Shown: piece after piece, positions 42,541 to 58,503 of the stretch
Numbering within the stretch: position 1 is the first letter of the stretch
Layout of the letters: every line of letters starts with the position of its first letter
Notes under the pieces: generated by a model
Databases searched by the model: none
What the model was told of the DNA's origin: nothing
What the model saw: the letters and a program-made list of their open reading frames with translations, nothing else
From: the human T2T-CHM13v2.0 reference genome, Homo sapiens
Assembly (NCBI RefSeq): GCF_009914755.1
Contig: NC_060931.1
Reading direction: 5' to 3' (one strand)
Length of the DNA: 64,000 nucleotides
Position numbers and translations under genes: made by a program

Positions 42541-43599
42541 CTGTAGGAGAAAATATAAATTAGAAATAAGAGGGTTTATTCTCCTGCATGAAAATAAGGG
42601 AGGATATTTTGTTAATTTATTTTTCTTTAAAGCACTTAAATTATATGTAGATTTTTTTCTTTGTTGTTTGAAAGATATGTAAATCATATTAACAGCTAAA
42701 TCTTTTGTCATTGTTTTTGACTCAGGATTGTCTTTATCTAGGACCTCAGATTCATTGCTTTGTTTTTGCTTTGGCAAAGGTTTTTTTTTTTTTTTTTTTC
42801 ATTTAATCTGTATCTTTTAAGGTAGACACAGATTTGTTTAGATTAAAGCTCATTTTAAGAGCACACAAAAGTTGAGCACAAAGATAGGATTACATTTAGC
42901 AATACAGAATGATGAAGACTAAAAGATACCAAGTAAGCTCCTTTGACAGAAAACAGATTATCCAAGGTAATTATTTAATATTTGCAGGCTGAAGTACTTA
43001 CATTGCAAAAGCGAGGTTCAGTGTATGAACTGAACAGTGGAGTCTGTGGTTGTGCTTTGGTTTCTGCTTATTACTTCAGAACAATTAGCATAGTTATGTG
43101 TAGTGTTTGTAGACAAACTGCATTCATATAAATTAAGCAGTATTTTATACAGTAGTGTGAATATAACACCACAATATTTGCTTTGAATGAATCCCTTAGT
43201 AATTTCAATATTTTTATATTCATACATTTGGAATATAAAGTGTTTTAATTGGATTATGGTTACAGACAATTTTTAAAAATCCTATGTACATTATAAATAG
43301 TACATTAAAATTATACTAAGTGTATCTAATCAAAAAAGTTACTATCAAATTATTACAGTAGATATTAGTATAACATGGTTACTAATTTATCCAATAGAGA
43401 TAATTATAGGTAAGCATAACTTCAGTGTCTTTCGTTTCACTAAATTGGAATGCTGCTGTTACAGGAAAAATAAACAAGGGTGATGTGGCCACCCAAAAAC
43501 CGTAATAGCTCTTCACTTACCCATGATGCAAGCTCAAATATATTCCACTATATTAACAAAGTCATATTCCAATTCTTCATTAAAAAGTTCTGGTGGGGA

Positions 43600-44061
43600 T
43601 AAGGGAGGAGACCACCCCTCATACTGTCTCATGCCCAATTTCTGCCTCCAAAGAAAGAAGTAAAAACTAAAAGGCAGAAATGAAATCCACAGGCAGACAG
43701 CCCGGCGCCACACCGTGGGCCTGGTAGTTAAAGACTGACCCCTGACCTAATTGGCTATGTTATCTATAGATCACAGACATTGTATAGAAAAGCACTGTGA
43801 AAATCCCTGTCCTGTTCTGTTCCGTTCTAATTACCGGTGCATGCAGCCCCCAGTCATGTACCCCCTGCTTGCTCAATTGATCACAGCCTTCTCATGTGGA
43901 CCCCCTTGGAGTTGTGAGCCCTTAAAAGGGACAGGAATTGCTTACTCGGGGAGCTCAGTTGTTTGGAGTTGTGAGTCTTGCTGAAGCTCCCGGCTGAATA
44001 AAGCCCTTCCTTCTTTAACTCAGTGTCTGAGGGGTTTTTGTCTGCAGCTTGTCCTGCTACA
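43600..44061 (+). mobile_element. Solo LTR, LTR2-like (HERV-E/Harlequin group)
   Basis: taagggaggagaccacccc...cctgctaca; perfect TSD ggga; AATAAA 43997-44002. Confidence 0.9.
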
Positions 44062-44310
44062 GGGAGAGGCGGAGGTGGGTGGATCATTGCAGTCAGGAGT
44101 TCAAGACCAGCCTGGCCAACATGGTGAAACCCCATCTCTACTAAAAATATAAAATAAGCCAGGTGTGGTGGCACATGCCTGTAATCCCAGCTACTCCAGA
44201 GGCTGAGGCACAAGAATCACATGAACTCAGGAGGCAGAGGCTTTAGTGAGCTGAGATCGTGCCACTGCACTCCAGCCTGGGTGACAGAGTGAGACTCTGT
44301 CTCAAAAGAA
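44062..44310 (+). mobile_element. 5'-truncated Alu hosting the LTR at its 5' edge
   Basis: TSD aaaa(a/t)gttctggtg at ~43582-43595 and ~44309-44322. Confidence 0.85.
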
Positions 44311-44639
44311 AATGTTCTGGTGAAAACTGTCAGAGGCATTCCATTATAGATCCTCTCATTTAATGGCTAGGAGATGAGAGCGGCAGAGATGGAAGAGAAA
44401 CCTATTAAATTCTGCTGAGAATCTGCTCCCTTTCTTCATAACACCCGTGTTTCTCATGTCGAGAGTAGCGGTGCACTTTGGGTGTTTAAAAAAAATTCTT
44501 TGAGACCCTATTACTATCCCATGGTGTCCGTGAATGAGGTGGGCTGTCACAGGAGAACTCTTGGAGCTATCCCTATCTGGACTCATGCTGAAAATCCAGC
44601 AGTATTTTTTCCATGTCACCACTATAAATAGAAACTGAT

Positions 44640-45004
<365 letters not shown>

Positions 45005-46389
45005 CTAGGAGGCCTGCAGGCTCCTCCTGCAGTTCAGGCCTCACTCCGATGTGGCACTGGAGTGCTGCTGTGGCAATTGGGATTCATGTAAGATGTAATC
45101 TGCCAGCTGTGAGCCCTGTGCTGTGGGCTGTGTCTCAAGGGAAGATGGTAAAAGTCAAGAGAGGACACCAGCCACTAGGAGAGGGCAAGCAGGAGTGCTG
45201 TAGCCCAGTGCTCAGGGCGTAGCATAGCCATAAAGTAAATAGCCATAAAGATAGCACCCTCTTCAACCATTTCTATAGGAGAGTGAGAGCCTACCTTCAG
45301 CAGGCACCTGGCTTCAAGTTGCAAAATTACCTCTTGTCATGAAGATGTGAAAAGTTTATTTTGTCATTGGTTATAACCAATTAACACACATGGATGGCCT
45401 CCCCAATTACCAGGTGAATTTAGGATGAACTACATATGACATGGTGTTGTAAATTCTACTTGTGGATTAATTATGGTGACCATCTTTCTGTCTTTGCAAT
45501 CTCTTAAACAGATTGAGTGTGATGCATGTCACATTTGGTTGAATTGTGTAATAAAACAGCTTTCTTTCTGTTCTGTCATTGTGGAGTTATTCTGGTGCTG
45601 GAGAACTCTTTTCTTTTAATTATATTTTCCAATCACTGTAGAATAACCACATATAATATAAACATACAGGGTGCCAACCAAGCTTTAATCTAGAGGGGCC
45701 TTTCTCAGGCTTCCAGTCAACTCATGGTTGTGCTGCAAAGTGCATGCTGTCCCCTAAATATGCAGGCAGAATTGTGTCTCTGCCTATTTTGTATCTATAG
45801 TACTCTATAGTTAACATTTAGAGAGGCTAGACCTGATTTCTAAATACTTCATAGGACAGCAATCAACCATTTTACCTCTTTCAATGACTCTTTAGACCAG
45901 AAACTGATTCAGAGACCATGGGGCCCAGAAACCCAATCAGAGTAGCATGTGCACTGAGTAGACATGCAGGCATGAGAATCTCCCCTTTCCCTTTCCTCCT
46001 TCTCTTACAATGCCCACAATGTACAGATGACACCTGCTGCTACTCCACCCATCCAGTACCTAAATTTGCAGCTCCAAACTCTGAATCTAGGTATTGAGAT
46101 TTGGGGAAAACAAACAAACAAACATTTATTTGAGAAATGCAAATTCTTTTAGTTACAAGGCTCAAAGAGACATTAAAATGAGACCACAATTATGTCTTTC
46201 TCCCTTCTTTGAGCTGTGTATTTATTTCTTGAAACTGCTTGCTATTTCTACAAGTAGCTAAAAATTAAACTAATAATGACACACTGGACACTATAACCCA
46301 TGCCCTATAGCTTAACAATGTATATCCAATTAGTAATGTTATTTTTTGTAAATAAGAATTTCTGGCAACCTTTTATCAGCCCACTCTGT

Positions 46390-46857
46390 TGTTGGGAACA
46401 GGCTCCCCAAAATCTGGCCATAAACTGGCCCCAAAAACTGGCCATAAGCAAAATCTCTGCAGCACTGTGACATGTTCATGATGGCCATAAAACCCACACT
46501 GGAAGGTTGTGGGTTTACCAGAATAAGGGCAAGGCACACCTGGCCCACCCAGGGCGGAAAACCGCTTAAAGGTGTTCTTAAACCACAAACAATAGCATGA
46601 GCGATCTGTGACTTAAGGACATGCTCCTGCTGCAGATAACAAGCCAAACCCATCCTTAATCTGATATCTATAGAAACAATGCTAATGACTGGCTTGCTGT
46701 TAATGAATACGTGGGTAAATCTCTGTTCAGGGCTCTCAGCTCTGAAGGCTGTGAGACCCCTGATTTCCCACTTCATGCCTCTATATTTCTGTGCATGTGT
46801 CTTTAATTCCTCTAGTGCCCCTGGGTTAGGGTCTCCACAACCTAGCTGGTCTGGGCA
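46390..46857 (+). mobile_element. MER9-like solo LTR (HERV-K HML-3 group)
   Basis: tgttgggaac..aaaatctggccataaactggcccc..ggtctgggca; perfect 6-bp TSD ctctgt. Confidence 0.88.
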
Positions 46858-48120
46858 CTCTGTCCCTCTTTTTGCCTTTACAAATCCACTTATAACTGCT
46901 GCTAATCAAAGCGCAGATTTCAGGCAACTTGAATCTTTGCTTCCAGGTTACAATTCTCAAACTTGTTCCAAATGAACTGTCTACTTATATTCATGTTGCC
47001 TCAGCTCTTTCATTTTAGGTAGACGTATCACTTAGAATGTGCTAGAGCAGGCTGTATGAGGGGATCTCTCCTTTGGTTGTACTTTGCCTCCTGTAACAGT
47101 CAAGAATGCAGAGCCAGGTTGATTCAATCTAGAATCTACACAGAAGGTGTAAATCTCTGCCTGAGATTTACAAAGCAGGGCCAGACTTTGGATTCAGAAT
47201 GTACAGAAAACCAACAGGAGGCATTTTCTGCATTGTGAGATGTCAACATAGACATCTTAAAGCCCCGCTTTGGGAGTGTGGCTCTTTGAGCTTTTCAGAT
47301 CTTGTTCAGTGATCTGCTACAGTAATGTAAGATGCTCTTGTGTAAATAGAATCTGATGGCAGAATCTGTAAGTGTAAACAAGCATCTTAGGAGTGACAGA
47401 TCAAGGTCACAAGGTATCCACAGCCATGACCACAACTGTACCTACCCATAAAATGTGATACTGGAGTAGAGTATTCTTGTCTTTCATTTTACGCAAGAGC
47501 TAGCCAATCAAGACAGGTGATCCAGGTTCTGGAGCTCCGCTAGGGCAGTTTCATTTTTTATTTAGAATCAGCCTGTCCCACTCCTGCTTGGCTTATCCTT
47601 AAGCAATCAGCCTAGGGTCACTGGGAATCCTCTCACAATCACCTAGGCATCTCTGAGACATTTGAGGATGTCCAGGGATGAACTGTGTCAGGCTGACAAG
47701 AGTGGTTAATTCTGCGTCTGTCTCAGTGTAAGAGAAATGAGTCATCCTGTGTTTGTTCCTCCCCTCATACAAGAGATGTCTTTGGTTGGTACCCAGATGA
47801 GAGTTTCTTCAGTTTCCTGGTACTTGGATGAAAAACAAGGAGGTGGTCTGGAGACCCAAAGGGATAAACTAATTGCTTGCATTTCCTATGGCCATTAGAA
47901 AAATAGATGAAGCAGTCATGATCCCTACCATCCAGGAACTGTTAGTCTTGACTAGCAACTGAATACATGGTTGAATTAAGCATCATATGGTTGGCATAAT
48001 AAATAGATGTGGGCCAAAAAAGTGTACTTTATTTGGGCCACTTTATATTTTTGTAACTTACGAGGTCATTTCTATGGATATTTATGGACACAACAGTTGC
48101 TATTAGTATTTCTGTTTCTT

Positions 48121-50202
48121 CTTTTTTTTTAAATTTATTTATTTTTTATTGATAATTCTTGGGTGTTTCTCACAGAGGGGGATTTGGCAGGGTCATAGGA
48201 CAATAGTGGAGGGAAGGTCAGCAGATAAACAAGTGAACAAAGGTCTCTGGTTTTCCTAGGCAGAGGACCCTGCGGCCTTCCGCAGTGTTTGTGTCCCTGG
48301 GTACTTGAGATTAGGGAGTGGTGATGACTCTTAACGAGCATGCTGCCTTCAAGCATCTGTTTAACAAAGCACATCTTGCACCGCCCTTAATCCATTTAAC
48401 CCTGAGTGGACACAGCACATGTTTCAGAGAGCACAGGGTTGGGGGTAAGGTCACAGATCAACAGGATCCCAAGGCAGAAGAATTTTTCTTAGTACAGAAC
48501 AAAATGAAAAGTCTCCCATGTCTACTTCTTTCTACACAGACACGGCAACCATCCGATTTCTCAATCTTTTCCCCACCTTTCCCGCCTTTCTATTCCACAA
48601 AGCCGTCATTGTCATCCTGGCCTGTTCTCAATGAGCTGTTGGGCACACCTCCCAGACGGGGTGGTGGCCGGGCAGAGGGGCTCCTCACTTCCCAGTAGGG
48701 GCGGCCGGGCAGAGGCGCCCCTCACCTCCCGGGTGGGGCGGCTGGCCGGGTGGGGGGCTGACCCCCCCACCTCCCTCCCGGGTGGGGCGGCTGGCCGGGC
48801 GGGGGGCTGATCCCCCCACCTCCCTCCTGGACGGGGCGGCTGGCCGGGCGGGGGGCTGACCCCCCCACCTCTCTCCCGGACGGGGCGGCTGGACGGGCGG
48901 GGGGCTGACCCCCCCACCTCCCTCCCGGACGGGGCGGCTGGCCTGGCAGAGGGGCTCCTCACTTCCCAGTAGGGGCAGCCGGGCAGAGGCGCCCCTCACC
49001 TCCCGGACGGGGCAGCTGGCTGGGTTGGGGGCTAACCCCCCGAACCTCCCTCCCGGACGCGGCGGCTGGCCGGGAGGGGGGCTGACCCACCCACCTCCCT
49101 CCCGGACGGGGCGGCTGGCCGGGCAGAGGGGCTCCTCACTTCCCAGTAGGGGCGGCCGGGCAGAGGCGCCCCTCACCTCCCGGACGAGGCGGCTGGCTGG
49201 GCGGGGGGCTGACCCCCCCACCTCCCTCCCGGATGGGGTGGCTGGCCGGGCAGGGGGCTGACCCCCCCACCTCCCTCCCAGATGGGGTGGCTGGCCTGGC
49301 GGGGGGCTGACCCCCCCCACACCTCCCTCCCAGATGGGGTGGCTGCCGGGCGGAGACGCTCCTCACTTCCCAGATGGGGCTGCTGCCGGGCGGAGGGGCT
49401 CCTCACTTCTCAGACGGGGCGGTTGCCGGGCAGAGGGTCTCCTTACTTCTCAGACGGGGCGGCCGGGCAGAGATGCTCCTCACCACCCAGACGGGGTCGC
49501 GGCCGGGCAGAGGTGCTCCTCACATCCCAGACGGGGCGGCGGGGCAGAGGCGCTCCCCACATCTCAGACGATAGGCGGCCGGCCAGAGACGCTCCTCACT
49601 TCCTAGATGTGATGGCGGCCGGGAAGAGGTGCTCCTCACTTCCTAGGTGGGATGGCGGCCGGGCGGAGACGCTCCTCACTTTCCAGACTGGGCAGCCAGG
49701 CAGAGGGGCTCCTCACATCCCAGATGATGGGCGACCAGGCAGAGATGCTCCTCACTTCCCAGACGGGGTGGCGGCCGGGCAGAGGCTGCGATCTCGGCAC
49801 TTTGGGAGGCCAAGGCAGGCGGCTGGGAGGTGGAGGTTGTAGCGAGCCGAGATCACGCCACTGCACTCCAGCCTGGGCACCATTGAGCACTGAGTGAACG
49901 AGACTCCGTCTGCAATCCCGGCACCTTGGGAGGCCGAGGCTGGTGGATCACTTGCGGTTAGGGGCTGGAGACTGGCCTGGCCGACACAGCGAAACCCCGT
50001 CTCCACCAAAACCAGTCAGGCGTGGCGGCGCGAGCCTGCAATCGCAGGCACTCGGCAGGCTGAGTCAGGAGAATCAGGCAGGGAGGTTGCAGTGAGCCGA
50101 GATGGCAGCAGTACAGTCCAGCTTCGGCTCAACATGAGAGGGAGACCGTGGGGAGAGGGAGAGGGAGAGGGAGAGGGGGAGGGGGAGGGGGAGAGGGAGA
50201 GC
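48121..50202 (-). mobile_element. Full-length SVA retrotransposon (SVA_C-like, tentative), antisense in intron 1
   Basis: T-rich tail, SINE-R, long VNTR, Alu-like region, (GAGAGG)n; 15-bp TSD gtatttctgtttctt at 48106-48120 and 50203-50217. Confidence 0.97.
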
Positions 50203-51082
50203 GTATTTCTGTTTCTTATGCCTTGCTAAGAATACTTATTTGGCTTCCAATAAAATTACTCTAGAAAACCCTAAGAGATTTGTTTAAATTGCTTTTATAA
50301 CATATGCTTATAGTATATGTTATAAAATTGACAGGGCAGTGACTAAAAAAGATTAGAAGTTCACAAACTGTGGGATTTAATTTTCTTTTGGGTAAGCTTA
50401 GCAAAAACAGTAGGAAATACCCCAGTGGCATAGAGAGCAGAATTCTACATAGGGTACACTCCCTGCCCCAGCCTTGTTCAAATTTACTGTTTTTGGAGGC
50501 CTTATTTAGGTCTGGCCCCACGCTGGAGTCTTGCCTCACAGAACTGATTAGAAGAGATGAGAGTACTGGGTGGTGAATCCTGCAGCCTTTCTAGAGCCAG
50601 TGCTCACAATATTCTGAAACCTAAAAGCAGATAAATGGAAAAAATAAAGTATGTATTTTAGGGTCTTAATTTTTAGTTTTTTTATTAAAACCAGTGCTTG
50701 CAGAGACATTCCATTTACCAACCTGTTTTCTATTCTTGGAGATGTTGTTGCTCTGCAAGTCAGAAAAAAGTAAATATAAACACAATAAAAATTTCTCTAA
50801 GCTGCATTAAAGTTTTTCTTTCTGTATCCCTCTCCTCTGTCTATATTTAGCTTTAATTCTATACATTTTTTAAAAAAATCAGTGACAGAGAAACAAAAGA
50901 AATAAAAATGCTGGGCCCTTTTTCTAAATCCAGGGAATTATTAAACACTTAATACCAGCTCCCAAGGTGCTATGAGGATTAAATCATGTAATGTGTTATT
51001 CCCAGCAAAGTGCTCTGTAACAGTCCCTTCAGCACATAGTACCTGCTTAATAATCATTGCATTAGTACATGTGAAAATGTTA

Positions 51083-51358
51083 TTTTTCTTTTCTTTTTTC
51101 TTGAGACAGAGTGTTGCTGTTGTCGTCTAGGCTGGAGTGCAATGGTGGGATCTCGACTTACTGCAACCTCTTCCTCCTAAGTTCAAGTGATTCTCCTACC
51201 TCGGCCTCCTGAGTAGCTGGGATTACAGGCACCCGCCACCATGCCCAACTAATTTTTGTATTTTTATTAGAGACAGGGTTTCACCATGTTGGCCAGGTTG
51301 GTCTTGAACTCCTGACCTCAGGTGATCCACCTGTTTTGGACCCCCAAAGTGCCCGGCC
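51083..51358 (-). mobile_element. Alu (S-like)
   Basis: Reverse dimer. Confidence 0.85.
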
Positions 51359-51900
51359 TGTTTTTCAAATGCAGATTTATTCAGACATAGCTGCCTTCTT
51401 TTTGTTCTGTAAACTTAAAAGAGCCAGCAAAAAATATGAAAATTGATTATCTTCATTTGTCCTAGAAGTATTTGTATTTTGACAAGAGTGCTGAGTGTAA
51501 GGAACTCTGCTGTGTCTGCTTTCTCTAACTAATGCTAATAATGAGCCCAAGGGGAGCAACATCAGCTTTGACAGGAGACTTGTTTAAAACTCCCATTCAT
51601 GAACCCTTTCCAAACCTGCAGTATCACATTACATAGGGTGAGTCCAAAATCACCAAGTGATGTATAAACTCATTAAAGCTTGAGAGGTAATGCTTAGCTA
51701 AATGGTTATTAGCCCAGACTTCTAATTAGGATTACATGGCCAATTTGCAGTAATCTTTTTACTTATACCCTTTCCACATGTTCTGTTTATTATTCTGGGT
51801 GGAAGCATTCATGTTGTTTTAATTAAGTTCCTCCTGTGACTCTCAGGTGAGGACAGAATCAAGTAAGGGGTTCAAGATACACTCATGAGAGTTAAGTGGG

Positions 51901-52205
<305 letters not shown>

Positions 52206-53157
52206 TAAGTTTTACCTTTTCACTAAAGGGTGGTCACAGGACTGGTTCTATTTGGATTTGATGGGGACAGAGCAGTGTGGCCCATATTTCCATTACTGTA
52301 GTAGAAATTGCAGAGAAGAGCACCTGAGGACAGGAAAGGAGAAACTTGTATTATTATTTCCATAGAGCAGCTTATTGTTCTGAGTCTCTTCTGTTATAAA
52401 GGAAAGAAATGAGTGAACTTTTTCTGTAGGTCTTGCTTCTTTGGCCAAGTGTGACTGTGGTGGTAGCAGGTAAACAGGTGGTGCTGACACCTTTAAAGGC
52501 ATAAACTGAAGATGCAGGTGTAATTTGTCCAGAGAATCTCATCTGAGAAGGAATACCAGAGAAGAAGGAGAAAGGGGAAAAAAATGGCCTTTTTTTTTTT
52601 TTTTTTAGCTTAACATGTCTCAAATCGAGAACTGTGTCCACTCTTCCTCCTGGAATGCCATGCGTTTAGTACCTGTAAACCTTTACTTCTCTAATTGTGT
52701 TGTTTCTCCCTAATAGGTTTGTTTTAACTACTTTTAAAAATTTTTATGATAGTCAAGGGTCTCTGAAAAAAAATGTTTTTTCCTGCATACCAGAGCCTTC
52801 CCTACATTCTCTACATCATGCTGTCTTACAGGCCATATAGAATTCTCATGAATTTATAACCTGCAACATTAAAAATGTTCCATTTGTGGAAAGATGTGAA
52901 TACTCAAGGTTTCTGTTGGGGGAAAGCTGGGGTCCTTAGTAAAGAAGGAGAACATGTAATCTTGAAGTTTCATCTGTGTTCTCCATTGGTTCTATGCAGA
53001 ACAGGATTAATAAAATGCTGTTTTAAACAGAATGGCACTCGTTACCCAGAAAGTTCTGAAAAAAATTATTAGGAGATCCCTGCTCTTTGGGGTGCTAAAG
53101 AAAGACTACTTAAAATCACTATTAGAAATTACAGAACATGAATTACCTGTATCTTAA

Positions 53158-53469
<312 letters not shown>

Positions 53470-53859
53470 AAATGATTTTTTTTTATGGTTACATTCAGAC
53501 TACAATTTACTTTTGGGGGCAGTATTGCAGCAGTGATGCCGTGTTTTTCTGTGTGCATCAACACCGCATAAAATTTGTCTTAGTGCAGTTGATGTTAATG
53601 ATTCACTTGGTTAAAGAGCTCTTGGACAGATTTCTTTACTATAGAGTTACTTATTTTTCTCTGCATTATTAAGTATCTTTATGCTGCTGATGTGGATAAA
53701 CCATCACATTTAATCTGGCAGCTGCCTTTCTATCTTAGGTTTCCTTTGCATATATCTGTCTTTGGAAAATCAAGGCTCTCATCTTTGTTTACAGGCCAGA
53801 AAAACTGGGAAAATCACAGGCTCTTCCACTTACTGGATATTTAACAAGATATTCTTCTT

Positions 53860-53995
53860 GGGCCAAAAACATTGGCATTAGCGGTGAGCTTGTTAGAAAT
53901 TTAGAATATCAGACTTTATTCCATATCTTCAGAAAAAATAATCTGCATTAACCAGATCTCGAGTTTATTGTACACATTAAAACTTGAGAGGTACC
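53860..53995 (+). mobile_element. MER5-like hAT DNA transposon remnant
   Basis: gagcttgttagaaat..aatctgcattaac..tgtacacattaaaacttgagag. Confidence 0.55.
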
Positions 53996-54220
53996 TTTTA
54001 ACTCAACGTGCCTTTTCCATCTGAAAAATACACACAACTTATTCTGTGTGATGCACATATAGCACTCAGAAATGGACATGTTTGTGTTTATGCCCTTAAT
54101 TTTATACTTTATCATCCAGAAGAGTACCATGTGTATGCTGATTCTGTGGATCTTATGCCACTTTCTTTTCTCAGGGCAAGAAGTACATTAGAAAATATTT
54201 CTGTTAAAAATTATTTTATG

Positions 54221-54549
<329 letters not shown>

Positions 54550-54592
54550 TCAGTTTTCCTTACTGTCTTATTTTACCTTGAGTCAAATTTAA

Positions 54593-54880
<288 letters not shown>

Positions 54881-55255
54881 TGAGTTTCAGATTCCTGTTT
54901 TCAAGAGAATCTTTGAGATTTGTCAGTGTAGAAAACAATTTCTTTAAGATGTTTCATCTTGACCTGAACTTTCCACATTTCTGAGCTGATATGTATCCTT
55001 CACTCTAGATTAGTGGTAATTCCAGAAATTTATTGGCGTAAAGTGTTGTTGCCCACACCTAAATCTAACTCCCAACACCAATTATTTTGAATCAATAGTA
55101 CTGGGTAGTGAAATTAAGAATTTACAAATTTAAAATATTTTCTAAATATTTAGAATTTTCTGTTATATATTAGCATTTTGGGATTAATTTACTAGAATAT
55201 TCTATTATATTCTCTTTACTGAGCACATTACTAGGTTGGTAATTGGAGAATATGA

Positions 55256-55393
<138 letters not shown>

Positions 55394-55799
55394 TGAGAGT
55401 GAATACACAGATGGCACAGATGAGAGGTCAAAGGCCAAGGAGAAGGCCACTCCTTTAAATGTGATTTGGAAATCTGTATTCCAAAGGAAATAGTTTCTGG
55501 AAAGCCTGAGTTTTTTATTTTGCTCTTACATAAGACATCTTCTGTCTTATGTTTTTAAATTCTCTAAGAATTCTACTTTCCCTTTGGTGATCTTTCTTCA
55601 AGTTCACAGTGAGAGCCAACGTCCTTTTCATGGCATATAAAAGACTGCACAATCTAACTGCTTTTTTATTGTTTTTAAGGACACGCAAATATCTGCATAA
55701 TTTTGAGAAACTCTATGTTAAACTATATTTTAAGTTCTCTTTTTGCATCGTATCTGAAATGTGTGAGTAGTGGTTTCTGTTCCATTGTGGTTTTTTTGT

Positions 55800-57240
55800 T
55801 CATTTTTCTGCATATTCCATTCTGTTTTTATTATAGTTTTAAAATGTAGTTTGAAATTATGAAATATGATGTCCCTCTACTTTGTTCTTTTTCCTCAAGA
55901 TTGCTTTGGCTATTCAAAGTTTATTGTAGTTTCATGTAAATTTTAGAATTGTATTTTTTATTACTGTGACAAAAATGTCACTGGAATTTTGATATGGAGT
56001 ATATTGAATTTGTAGATCACTTTGGATAACATGGCACTTTAACAAAATTTATTTTTTGAATCCATATAAATAAAATATTTTTAAATTTATTTGTATCATC
56101 TCATTTTTTTATTGATATGTTACATTGTAAAAATTTTTTACCTCTTTGGTTAAATTTGTTCTCAGAAGTTTATTATTGTAATGCTATTGTAAAGATTGTT
56201 TTCTTTATTTTATCAGATAATTTGTTTTAAGTATATGGAACCATAATTTATACTTGTATGTTAATTTTATATTTCGGTAATTTACTGAGTATATTTATCA
56301 GTATTGACATGTTTTAATGTACTTTTTGTTTTTTAATATATTAGATCATATGGTCTACAACCAGCAACTTTTTACTTGTCTTCAATGGCATTTTTTTTTC
56401 ATATTTTAAACTAATTCTTTTGCCACATACTTTCAATGCTATGTTAAAATAGAAGTATTGACAATGACACAATATAGTTTTGCATTGGTGCTTGTGATTT
56501 TGAAGGAGCAAACACCTCTTCACGTTTTTATATCCTGGTTTCAGGAGGTAAAGATCTTTTGTTGGCCCCCAGGTGATGGGATGCCCTCTGGGTTTGTAGT
56601 GGAGAGGGGTGTAGCTTGGTCACAAGGCTGCTGGGCCTGCACTAGGGCCCACCTTTACTGGCTTGTTACAACGGGCTTGGGCTGTTGTAATTCCCATTTT
56701 ATTTTTGGACAGATTAAATATCCTTCAGCACTTTGCTCTGTAGGGCAGACACTAGGGCAGGTTTTTGCAGTTTGGTCTGCATATGGTGGGCCTTATATCA
56801 GGATATGGATGAGTATGGCTTTCACTGAGTACCAGAGAGGATTTTTCCAGGTCACTGTGTGGGTTTCTATGTAGGCAGAACTGGCCATGAACTGTGGCTA
56901 AGGGAATTAGAACTGAGTCATTGAACTGCTTCATGGACCACAGTAAAGGGCAAGGTCTGCAGGCCTGCCTGCATGGCGGTAAATGTGTGTCTTCCTTCCT
57001 CCAGGCCTCTGGAAGAGCAGGACCTCTCCCAGACTGTGATTGGGAGGAGTTTGGGATGGTTACAGAGTAAGTTCAGAATTCTCAGTGGGACCAAGTTGGG
57101 TGGACCATTTCTTGGTATGTAGCCAAGAACGGGAATCTTGCAGTTTGCCACCTGAATGAGGGTCTGCTTTCTGAAGAGAACACTCCTCAGTCTGGGGTTT
57201 AGCAGTTTCACAACTCCCTCCCTGGATCTCAGAGCTCTCT
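55800..57240 (-). mobile_element. Old L1M fragments in intron 3
   Basis: Antisense L1 motifs (ctcaagattgctttggctattc; gtagatcactttgg); collinear with the paralog 12200-14190. Confidence 0.6.
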
Positions 57241-57251
57241 TAAAAACACTT

Positions 57252-57375
57252 ATTTTTGACATGGGGTCTTGCTACATAACCCAAGCTGGTCTTGAAATCC
57301 TGGCCCGAAGCAATTCTCCAATGTGAATGTACCATGTAGCTGTCATTACAGGTGTGAGCCATGATGCCTCGCTCT
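57252..57375 (-). mobile_element. Alu monomer (FLAM-like)
   Basis: Single diverged reverse left arm. Confidence 0.7.
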
Positions 57376-57588
57376 CTGATAAAGGAATTTTTGTCAGGGA
57401 TGGCTGATAAATCTTTTTGCTGTTGGGGCATAAAAAAATAGGGCATCTTTTATATTTCTATTTTACCGATATAACTCTTCATATACGTTTTTATTTTTTA
57501 TTTTCTATTTCATATTTATCTGTAATTTTAGATTCAGACATTTAGAACAGTATGCTAGAATTTATAAGTTATGCTGGAAGTAAATTAG

Positions 57589-58025
<437 letters not shown>

Positions 58026-58208
58026 GAATATTTCTTTTATATAAGCAGAGGCTCTAACTATATTTTACAAAGTATATGTATATTTCTTTATTTAGCAATG
58101 TAAGGGTGTTCTTTGCTTCCACAGTTGGATTACAGCAGTTTCATTTGTGTAGGAGCAGCATATATTTAAAATATCGAAATTATGTATAGTTTCTTTAAAT
58201 GCTTGTTG

Positions 58209-58503
58209 AGCCGGATGTGGTGGCTCACGCCTGTAATCCCAGCACTTTGGGAGGCTGAGGTGGGCAGATCACGAGGCCAGGAGTTCGAGACCAGCCTGGC
58301 CAACATGGTGAAACACTGTCTGTACTAAAAATACAAAAATTAGCTGCGCATGGTGTCGCATGCCTGTAATCCCAGCTACTCAGGAGGCTGAGGCAGGAGA
58401 ATCACTTGAACCTGGGAGGCAGAGGTTGTGGTGAGCCGAGATCATGCCTCTGCACTTTAGCCTGGGTGACAGAGCGAGACTCCATCTAAAAAAAAAAAAA
58501 AAA
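58209..58503 (+). mobile_element. Alu (S-like)
   Basis: Full dimer, TSD-like tgctt(g/a)ttga. Confidence 0.88.

Noticed and set aside
46339-46975. 145-aa and 98-aa ORFs
   Set aside because: Lie within the MER9-like LTR; non-coding origin.
48318-50229. Periodic ~35-50 bp repeats and ORFs up to 211 aa, superficially CRISPR-like
   Set aside because: Tandem SVA VNTR units with no unique spacers and no cas genes, in a primate genome.
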